A DNA stretch of 55,460 bases, taken from NCBI GenBank assembly GCA_041164325.1, contig JBEAPQ010000326.1, positions 1-55,460 on the forward strand. Reading direction: 5' to 3'. The DNA is from Planctomycetota bacterium (lineage in GTDB: Bacteria > Planctomycetota > UBA1135 > UBA2386). The notes beneath the pieces were generated by a model. The model searched no databases. It saw nothing but the letters and a program-made list of their open reading frames with translations, and was not told the DNA's origin. Both the position numbers and the translations under genes were made by a program. Shown piece after piece: positions 44,401 through 50,918 of this stretch (positions are counted from its first letter, which is position 1; every line of letters begins with the position of its first letter).

Positions 44401-46717
44401 AGCCTGGACGGGGGACATCGACCTCGGCAACCCCGAGGTCATCGTCGGAGGATCGGTGCCGCCGCCCGCAGACGAGCAGATCGCGGCCGGTTTCCCGCAG
44501 TCGGGGGGCTACGCGATCCTCGTCCAGCGCCGTCTCAGCATCCGGCTCGTGTCGAACAACCCAGGCCAGCTCGCGACGACCCCGGAGATCGGCGGCGTCG
44601 AGGTCATCCGCTACGCGTCGCGGACCGGCACGACGCTGAAGAACATCCAGCGGGCGGTCCAGCTGCCGGTCAACTTCGTCACCGACCAGAACGGCTTCTT
44701 CGTCCCGCAGCAGCCGCGGAACTTCGTCGTCGACTGGTCCGAGACGATGGTCGTCCGCGACCCGAACGCGGGCGAGGTCGTCCCGTTCGACGAACTGCCT
44801 CTCTACATGCTGTTCGTCGTGCCGATCTCGGTGCCGTTCAACGGCACGCTCGACGACGACCCCGAGTTCATCAACTGGCTGCAGATCCGCACCGAGGGCG
44901 GAGACGACGCCGACACCGAGTGGGTCCGCTACAACGCGATCATGGATCGCCAGCACGCGGTCCGCGCCGATCAGGCGGCGTTCGAACTCGTCCGGTTCCG
45001 GCTGACGCAGCAGACCTCTCTCCAGCAGCTCGGCGTGACGACGGGTGGGCTCGATCCGAACCAGGTCACGCTCCTCCGCGATCCGTGGGCGCCGCCGACC
45101 GACGACGGGCGGAGGCGGATCGGCTACATCGACCCCATCGAGATCCGCTATCCGGCGATCCACGAGGCCCGTCGTGCGCTGGGCTTCCGCGGGGACCCGT
45201 TCACGGGCACGTCGAGCCACCCGCAGCCGGCGAACGCCCAGGTCCTGCCCGTGCACCGCTTCGAGTTCGACTGGCCCGGCTACGGACTCGGCACGCCCCG
45301 CGCAGGTCGCGGAGACCGCGTTGCGCTGATCCCGGGGTCCGCCCGTCAGGACGGCGAGGTGCCGGGCGTCGAGTGGCACACCGTGAACTGGTCGGTGCGT
45401 CACTACGAGTGGGACCAGGTCCAGGCCGACGCGTCGGGCACCCAGAACCGCGTCGAACCGCGCCAGCGCCGCGGCGACTGGCCGTTCCAGCTGGTGGCGT
45501 TCCAGGCGCCGATCCGCAGTGGGATCTTCATCGGTGAGGGCACGTCGAGTCGGGGCGAGGAGAACCGGCTGGACACCCGGTTCCTCGATCGGATGGTCAA
45601 GTTCCCGAGCGGGGAGCTGCCGGCGGGCGATCCGGACGAGGCCTGGTTCGGTGCGCCCGTCCACGCCGACGGGGCGCCCTCGCGGGGGCTGCTCGACGAG
45701 GTCACGTACGTCGCGCGCCGCGCGCAGCCGCGTCCGCTCGACCAGCAGCTGACGGAGAACGCGAACTCGTTCTTCGTCCGACCCAACGTCATCCTGACGC
45801 CGGCTGGTCCGCTCGTGAACCTCCGACCGCGGCAGGCCGACAACTGGGGCGACGAGTCGTTCCCGCGCCAGGGAGGTCTCCTCGCGATCGACGGCGAGAT
45901 CCTGGCCTACGACCAGTACGACCCGCAGAGCGGTGAAGTGCGGATCGCGCCCGAGGGGCGTGGCCTGCTCAACACCGTGGTGCGCGCGCACGACGAGGGG
46001 GCGGTCGTCCAGTTCCTCGAGCACATCCCGGCCGCGATCCTGACCAACAGCCTGTCCAACCAGGACGACACGATCGCGGTCCAGTCGCTCGGCGGTCTGC
46101 CGCGCGGGGGAGGGACGGTGCTCCTGGGCACCGAGCTGCTCCACTACACGTGGACGCGCGGAGACGTCGAACTCGGGATGCCGCGCTTCTTCGATCCCGA
46201 CCAGGGGAGGCGTTCGTCGCAGGGCATGTTCCGCGGGCGCTACGGCACGAACCCGGCGTCCGCGTCCTCCGGTTCGGTCGCGATCTACTTCCCGTTCCGC
46301 TACTGGGATCGCTACTTCCCGCAGGCGGACGACCCGGAGTCGGCGTTCTGCCAGGTCTCGATGGCCGATGGTCCGGTCTGGTTCGACCGCTTCGGCTGGC
46401 GGGAAGACCAGGAGGACGCGACGGTCGGGGTGCAGTGCCTCGTGCGGATCGACGAGCGTGCGCCGTTCACGGCCGACCCGGAGACCACGGACGGACTGTG
46501 GCTGTGGGAGGAAGGCGAGGTCGGCGGTTTCCCGCACCGCGTGCGGCGTTTCGGCGAGCGCTTCGAAGCCCGGTTCGAGCACGTCTACCGGCCTGGTGCG
46601 TTCGACCCGATCCTGTTCCGCGCGAACTCGTGGAAGCGTGCCCCTTCGATCCGGGAGTTCGTGCTGACCTACGAAGGCGAGACGCGCGTCCTCGAGGAGA
46701 AGGTGACGGCCCGATGA
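41441..46717 (+). CDS. Giant (1758 aa) GspK-like minor pseudopilin with an internal LamG domain and repeated beta-modules
   Basis: The reading frame is uninterrupted with normal composition throughout. The N-terminus ESGLALVAVLVALGVLLAMAAPFL is GspK-style, with no Glu at +5. Two GspK-type HhH-like motifs are present: RIDLHSATPLVLANLLGL and VNINTAAPEVLTALF. The LamG core runs VSFWLRLDD...GTWYHITASAVGNRPGQLSFVVDGV. Both the start and the stop overlap neighbouring genes (ATGA). Confidence 0.85.
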   Translation: MMQRRAAESGLALVAVLVALGVLLAMAAPFLLSMGHGDAASRARVDEVHADWGSASARDALLQTAASGASAFDPSPNADGRDEYPGTLELPAGFEGITSTPGGRTVLQGSVEDLSRRIDLHSATPLVLANLLGLAVRVRGEVELDAAEIPVDGPLDAFPESGYLICQREVIRYEGRDGSRFFGLTRGAFAELGFLPAQLLPDHKLDEDALVMDFRCVLAVTWPFRGYGDPGRYVPYGSVAELQRIQEGGFPGFEAREIEALARFTTTVALHDRSARFGKGERVFEILSDELQQPRILQVKSNLGLGPGRVVRIRSLDGQWVEYGLVWDTIGRGNRGTYNLSSRQYVALLQPLSMPFVPVDTVVEPLVQVPVNINTAAPEVLTALFAHARRQVSGANREDGATRLPPVIRRRDAANLATQMTMLRGDDAELVEAFDRDENRPSGFGNVDMTPRPFDGFEDLAQRFVPMILGAGASDSMDQRRLVLGVYDALQIGCPGSMEQGTMPVAFRSSPLVGYRASASRRRFSGLEAARREREGVALALPGDQLFWGGATQEALDEAFRLDRRTPFWQTWPINTSAVPNGQQDMVPPLRTSAHLLATLFPNAGFGEPRFADRSGTEAELRPQPGVAPIGYGGNLVGHDAFMTARHPEGRVLATEGPYRASNVGPRMAGVSEPSGQRDHSRVSFPMTTIGGVSSRHAVSFWLRLDDTGPQVLYDEASVGEAPERNRYLVEIRDGMLTYEVRDDAGLDPDAAASPYAPNPSSAIWQAPLESLDLVQGTWYHITASAVGNRPGQLSFVVDGVPRGEPRMRTYTTAEIPVYQEDRGVPTFLADSDRFITIQVEDASDFPQRGVLRIGGELFEYSARDDGAFYCRYDDSVGGRRARATMREFAINVPENGEGDPRQDLLAIVNGDLEAVVPNHPSGSAVELYGYAIPVYPRRILIPGGARLTDSLGAFSIARAVNRAGINPITIDVANRNPILIGEGFDEAWTGDIDLGNPEVIVGGSVPPPADEQIAAGFPQSGGYAILVQRRLSIRLVSNNPGQLATTPEIGGVEVIRYASRTGTTLKNIQRAVQLPVNFVTDQNGFFVPQQPRNFVVDWSETMVVRDPNAGEVVPFDELPLYMLFVVPISVPFNGTLDDDPEFINWLQIRTEGGDDADTEWVRYNAIMDRQHAVRADQAAFELVRFRLTQQTSLQQLGVTTGGLDPNQVTLLRDPWAPPTDDGRRRIGYIDPIEIRYPAIHEARRALGFRGDPFTGTSSHPQPANAQVLPVHRFEFDWPGYGLGTPRAGRGDRVALIPGSARQDGEVPGVEWHTVNWSVRHYEWDQVQADASGTQNRVEPRQRRGDWPFQLVAFQAPIRSGIFIGEGTSSRGEENRLDTRFLDRMVKFPSGELPAGDPDEAWFGAPVHADGAPSRGLLDEVTYVARRAQPRPLDQQLTENANSFFVRPNVILTPAGPLVNLRPRQADNWGDESFPRQGGLLAIDGEILAYDQYDPQSGEVRIAPEGRGLLNTVVRAHDEGAVVQFLEHIPAAILTNSLSNQDDTIAVQSLGGLPRGGGTVLLGTELLHYTWTRGDVELGMPRFFDPDQGRRSSQGMFRGRYGTNPASASSGSVAIYFPFRYWDRYFPQADDPESAFCQVSMADGPVWFDRFGWREDQEDATVGVQCLVRIDERAPFTADPETTDGLWLWEEGEVGGFPHRVRRFGERFEARFEHVYRPGAFDPILFRANSWKRAPSIREFVLTYEGETRVLEEKVTAR

Positions 46718-47892
46718 CCGGCACCTCGCAAACGGTGCGGCGACGTGACGCGGGGTTCACGCTCCTCGAGCTCGTCGTGGCGATGGGCCTCCTGTCGGGC
46801 TTCCTGCTGATGCTGGTGCGGCTGCTGACGACCGGTGCAGACCTCTTCGACGAAGGAGAGCGGGGCCAGGAGCTGCTCGACCGCTCGGCGTCGGCTGTGC
46901 GCGTCGCGCAGCGTGCGCTGCACGACACGTGTGGTCCGCGCCTCCTCGGGCGTCCCGACGGGCGGACCGACGCGCGGCTCCTCGTGCACACGATCCCGAC
47001 CGGGGCGGGCGAGGGGGCTTCCCGCGTCCAGCTGCTCCGCTCGACCGAGAATCTCGATCCGGCGGTCGAGGATCGCATCCTCCGGGCCGCGTTCGAGGCC
47101 GAGGCGGCCGCCGAAGGCCTCCGCGACGCCGAAGCCGAGCGCGCGATCGCCGAAAGACTCGCGAGCTGGCCGCGCTCCGGCCGCGGCGAGCTCCAGCTCT
47201 TCCCGTGGCCGGTCGGCGACGACGGCGTCTACTTCGAGCTGCGCCGGCGGGACCTGCCGTCCGACCCGCTGCTCTACCCGGCCGAAGAGATCCCGGTCCT
47301 CGACATCCGGGACCCGGAAGATCTCGGCGTGGACTTCGAGCGGCTCCTGCTCGGATCGCGGACCGTGGCGCGCGGCCTGCTGCACTTCGAACTCCGCTTC
47401 TGGTCGCAGCGCACGCGGACTTGGCAGCTCGTCGGCACCGAAGGCCCGGAGCGTGTCTGGGACTCGACCCGCGGTGGGCTGATGCTCGGCGAGACCGAGG
47501 GCTCCGACGTGTTCGGCCTCGACTTCGGGCCGTCGAGCTTCGCGGACACGCGGGATGACATCTGGCCGCGCTGGGTCCGTGTCGTCGTGACGGTCGACGC
47601 GGGGCCGCAGACGCCGCCCGCATCGTTCCTGACGCAGGCCGTCACCGACGCGGACACGAGTCTCCAGGTGACCCGCCCCGAGGACATCCCCGACCCTGCG
47701 GACCAACCGTTCCTGAAGATCGGCGCCGAGTGGGTGCGCTTCCAGGGCGTCGTCGGCCGGACGCTGACCGGGGTGCGGCGCGGGCAGCGCGGCACGAAGG
47801 CCGTCGCGCACCCGGCCGGCACCTCCGTCCGCGCGGGGCGTGAGGCGGTGTTGGACGTGCAGATCCCACACGGGAGGGACGGCGATGACTGA
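46714..47892 (+). CDS. GspJ-like minor pseudopilin (enlarged, 392 aa)
   Basis: Prepilin N-terminus DAGFTLLELVVAMGLLSGFLLML. The body includes LLHFELRFWSQRT...WDSTRG...DDIWPRWVRVVVTV, which looks GspJ-like. The C-terminal module is FLKIGAEWVRFQGVVGRTLTGVRRGQRGTKAVAHPAGTSV. Confidence 0.7.
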   Translation: MTGTSQTVRRRDAGFTLLELVVAMGLLSGFLLMLVRLLTTGADLFDEGERGQELLDRSASAVRVAQRALHDTCGPRLLGRPDGRTDARLLVHTIPTGAGEGASRVQLLRSTENLDPAVEDRILRAAFEAEAAAEGLRDAEAERAIAERLASWPRSGRGELQLFPWPVGDDGVYFELRRRDLPSDPLLYPAEEIPVLDIRDPEDLGVDFERLLLGSRTVARGLLHFELRFWSQRTRTWQLVGTEGPERVWDSTRGGLMLGETEGSDVFGLDFGPSSFADTRDDIWPRWVRVVVTVDAGPQTPPASFLTQAVTDADTSLQVTRPEDIPDPADQPFLKIGAEWVRFQGVVGRTLTGVRRGQRGTKAVAHPAGTSVRAGREAVLDVQIPHGRDGDD

Positions 47893-48409
47893 ACACGGCC
47901 CTTGCTCACGGAAGCAGGCGTTCGGACGCGACGAGTCCGGCTTCACGCTGCTCGAACTGATCGTGGCGCTCGGCATCCTCGTGTTCGGCGCGACGTCGCT
48001 GATCGGGGCCTTGAGCCTCGGCGTCGGGTCCCGACGCGGGACCGAGATGCGCGCACGCGCCTCGCTGCTCGCGGATCAGGTCCTGCTCCACGTCGAGCGG
48101 GAGCTGCTGGGGCGGCACGGCATCCCGTCCGGCTGGCAGTCCGCCGAAGAGCTGGCGATCCCACCCGAGGGCGTCGACGTGGTCGACGGATTCCCGGGCA
48201 TGCGGTATGCCGTCTCGTTCGAGACCAGTCCGGAGCGTCCGGACATCGTGCTGGCGACCGTGACGGTCGGCTGGCGTGACCAAGGTGAGGACGATGGCGT
48301 GGTCTTCCAACGCATCGTGCCGCGGGCGGTGCCGCTGTCGCAGCGGATCAACCAGCGTCGCGAAGCGGCCGACGCGCGCACCCAGGAGTCGCGGAGGAGT
48401 TCTCGATGA
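47885..48409 (+). CDS. GspI-like minor pseudopilin
   Basis: The ATG at 47885 overlaps the previous gene by 8 nt. Prepilin N-terminus ESGFTLLELIVALGILVFGATSL, small body with ATVTVGWRDQGEDDGVVFQRIV. Confidence 0.7.
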   Translation: MTEHGPCSRKQAFGRDESGFTLLELIVALGILVFGATSLIGALSLGVGSRRGTEMRARASLLADQVLLHVERELLGRHGIPSGWQSAEELAIPPEGVDVVDGFPGMRYAVSFETSPERPDIVLATVTVGWRDQGEDDGVVFQRIVPRAVPLSQRINQRREAADARTQESRRSSR

Positions 48410-49920
48410 TGAAAGGCAGTCCCATGTCCTTCCTGCGTTCCCTGTCTGCACGGCGCGCAGCCGTCGCGCTCAGCCTCTTCTTCGGCCTGTGCGCGCTCCT
48501 GCCAGCCCAGGCGATCCAGCTTCGGACCGGCGAAGTGCTGGTCGGAGAGGTCGTCGACGCGACCAGTGAGGGGCTGTCGTTCCGGCGGCTCGACACGGGC
48601 GGCTTCCTGGAGCTCGGCTGGAACGACCTGTCGACGCTGCACGCGGCCCGGATCAAGCGCCTGAAGGGTCTGGTGGTCGCCGACGACGATGAGCCGACCC
48701 TGGTTGCCGACGTCGTGCTCTACGTCGTGGGGGGCGTGGCGCGCGACGAGGTCGTCGGCCTGATCCAGGAGTACACGAAGACGCACGTCCTGCTGAAGCG
48801 GAAGGGCGACGTGCTGCCGATCAAGCGCGAGGCGATCCTGCGGACGCGGAAGCGCGAGGTCCCGGTCCTCGAGGTCTACACCGGCGAGGAGTACTACCAG
48901 CTGAAGCTCGCCGACACCGAGCCGGGCGAAGACGCGGACCGTCACATCGCGCTCGGCGAAGAAATGCGTCGGGTCGGTGACTTCGCGCACGCCGAGGAGC
49001 ACCTGACCAAGGCCGACGAACTCGGCGGAGGGCGTCAAGCGTCCCAGCTGCCGATCATGCTCCAGCGCGTCCGCACGCTGCGAGAGGCCGAGGCCGAGCG
49101 CGAGCTCTTGGCGCAGATCCGCATCATGCGGAACCGGAAGGAGTTCTCGCGCGCCGAGGAGCTGATGGGAGAGTTCCGGCAGACCTACCCGGACTCGCGT
49201 CTGCTCGCCGAACTCGACCGGGAGGAGGAGCGCTTCGAGGAGGCGCTCGCCGACTACGCCGTCGAGCGGCTCCGGCAGGCGTGGGACCAGACCGTGCGCC
49301 GCGTCTCGGATGACAAGGTCCGTGACGACAGCGTGACGTTGGCGGCGGCGCGAGCCTACGCGGAGGACAAGATGTCCGACGACGTGTTCGGCCGCATCGC
49401 ACGGAGCCTGGAGCTCGAGCCCGAGGCCGTGGAGAAGTACTGGACCGAGCGCGAGTCGCACGGACGCGGTCGCTCCGTCGTCTACTCCTACGGCGTTGGC
49501 TCGTGGGTCCTCGGTGCCGACAAGATCATCGCTGGCACCAAGGCCGAGGGCGGTGGTGCGGGTCCGGCCGGCGGCGGCGGCGATCAGGATCCGGAGCTCG
49601 ACCGGATCATCCGCAAGCTGCGCGACCTGCAGAACCAGCAGCGCCGCGCGGGCGGTGCGGGCGGCGCGGGCGCGCCGCGCGAGGAGTCGGAGGAGGACTG
49701 GTGGCGCAAGGCCTCCCGCAACGACCGGGCGGGTTGGCTCCGGGCCTACTTCGCGGAATTCGGTGGTCACATGGAGATCACCGCTGCCTATTCGAACCCG
49801 TGTCCGAACTGCGAAGCGAGCGGCACGATCTCCGTACTCGGTGACTCCGGTCGGGAGCAGAAGCTCAAGTGCCCCATCTGCCACGGCACCAAGTTCACGC
49901 GGCTGTTCCGCGCGCGCTGA
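48406..49920 (+). CDS. Secreted protein: SH3-like N-terminal repeats, helical/TPR-like middle, Gly-rich linker, C-terminal CxxC...CxxC zinc ribbon
   Basis: 504 aa with signal peptide AAVALSLFFGLCALLPAQA and C-terminus NPCPNCEASGT...KCPICHGTKFTRL, which resembles the DnaJ CR motif. The ATG overlaps the previous stop (ATGA) and follows GGAGGAG. Confidence 0.75.
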   Translation: MMKGSPMSFLRSLSARRAAVALSLFFGLCALLPAQAIQLRTGEVLVGEVVDATSEGLSFRRLDTGGFLELGWNDLSTLHAARIKRLKGLVVADDDEPTLVADVVLYVVGGVARDEVVGLIQEYTKTHVLLKRKGDVLPIKREAILRTRKREVPVLEVYTGEEYYQLKLADTEPGEDADRHIALGEEMRRVGDFAHAEEHLTKADELGGGRQASQLPIMLQRVRTLREAEAERELLAQIRIMRNRKEFSRAEELMGEFRQTYPDSRLLAELDREEERFEEALADYAVERLRQAWDQTVRRVSDDKVRDDSVTLAAARAYAEDKMSDDVFGRIARSLELEPEAVEKYWTERESHGRGRSVVYSYGVGSWVLGADKIIAGTKAEGGGAGPAGGGGDQDPELDRIIRKLRDLQNQQRRAGGAGGAGAPREESEEDWWRKASRNDRAGWLRAYFAEFGGHMEITAAYSNPCPNCEASGTISVLGDSGREQKLKCPICHGTKFTRLFRAR

Positions 49921-50906
49921 TCGCCGGCCTCTTCGGTCTGCTGGCGGGGTGCGCGGCGCCGCGTCCGGTGTCCCGCGCCCCGGCTGTGCCGAGGCCGGAA
50001 GCCCCGCGGGTCGAGCTCGTGCCGCCGGCTCCGGCGTGGCAGTCCCCCGCGGGGGCGGCGTCCGCCGCCGAGGGCTCGGAGCTCCTCGCGCCCGCACGCC
50101 GTGGCGACGACGTCGTGGCCACGGTCGGAGCGGTGGAGCTCCGCAAGAGTGACGTCTACGACCGTCTCGTCGATGGGGACCCGCAGACGGCGAGGCTCTG
50201 GCTCGACCTGGTCGTTCTCGACGCGGTCATCGCGGACTTCGCCCAGCGGCTCGGCGTCGTGGTCGACGAGGCGGACGTCGAGGACGTGGCCCGGGATGCC
50301 GAAGCGATGCTCCGGACCCAGGTCGAAGTCGAGTACGACGGGCGGCGGAGTTTCGCGGACTACCTCGCCGCGGAGTTCGGCATCGACGAGTCGGGCTACG
50401 CGCGACTCCTGCGCGACGACCTGTTGCGGGCGCGCTACCGGGGTCTCGTGATCCGGTATCTCGCGCTCCGCGAGGAGCGCGCCGAGATCCGGCTGATCGT
50501 CCATCCCGACCAGGGAGTGCTCGAGGACGCGCGCGCCCGGGTCGAGGCCGGCGCGGACTTCGCGGCGCTCGCCCGCCAGTTCTCGGAGGACGCGACGCGC
50601 ACCGAGGGGGGGCGGCTCGGGCCGTTCGACCGCGGGTTCCGGCACCCGGTCGCGCAGATCGCCTTCGAGCTGGAGCCCGGTGAGGTGTCTGCGGTGCTGT
50701 CTTTCGAGGACCGCGGCGTGGCCCGTCGCGCGCTCGTCTACTGCCTCGCCCGTCATCCGGCGCGGGACGCGTCCTTCGCCGCCATGCGTGCCGAGATCGA
50801 GGCCGATCTGGAGGCTCGACCGATCAGCGCGCTGGAGCAGGGAGCGTTCGTAGCTCGCTACTGTCGCTCGGGTTCCGCGCTTGACAGTGCTGCGGGGGAC
50901 CGGTGA
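49869..50906 (+). CDS. Lipoprotein peptidyl-prolyl isomerase (PpiC/parvulin type)
   Basis: Lipobox LFGLLAGC, then the parvulin motif ADFAALARQFSEDATRTEGGRLGPFDRG...LEPGEVSAVL. The GTG at 49869 is the only in-frame start before the signal peptide, and it overlaps the upstream gene by 52 nt. Confidence 0.75.
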   Translation: MPHLPRHQVHAAVPRALIAGLFGLLAGCAAPRPVSRAPAVPRPEAPRVELVPPAPAWQSPAGAASAAEGSELLAPARRGDDVVATVGAVELRKSDVYDRLVDGDPQTARLWLDLVVLDAVIADFAQRLGVVVDEADVEDVARDAEAMLRTQVEVEYDGRRSFADYLAAEFGIDESGYARLLRDDLLRARYRGLVIRYLALREERAEIRLIVHPDQGVLEDARARVEAGADFAALARQFSEDATRTEGGRLGPFDRGFRHPVAQIAFELEPGEVSAVLSFEDRGVARRALVYCLARHPARDASFAAMRAEIEADLEARPISALEQGAFVARYCRSGSALDSAAGDR

Positions 50907-50918
50907 CATGGGCCGTCC

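Noticed and set aside
41411-46582. 1723-aa stop-free ORF on the minus strand opposite the giant pseudopilin gene
   Set aside because: The same antisense-shadow explanation applies. The composition is low complexity and Arg/Asp/Pro-rich. The plus strand carries the prepilin-like N-terminus, GspK motifs and LamG core, and it has start and stop overlaps with its neighbours.
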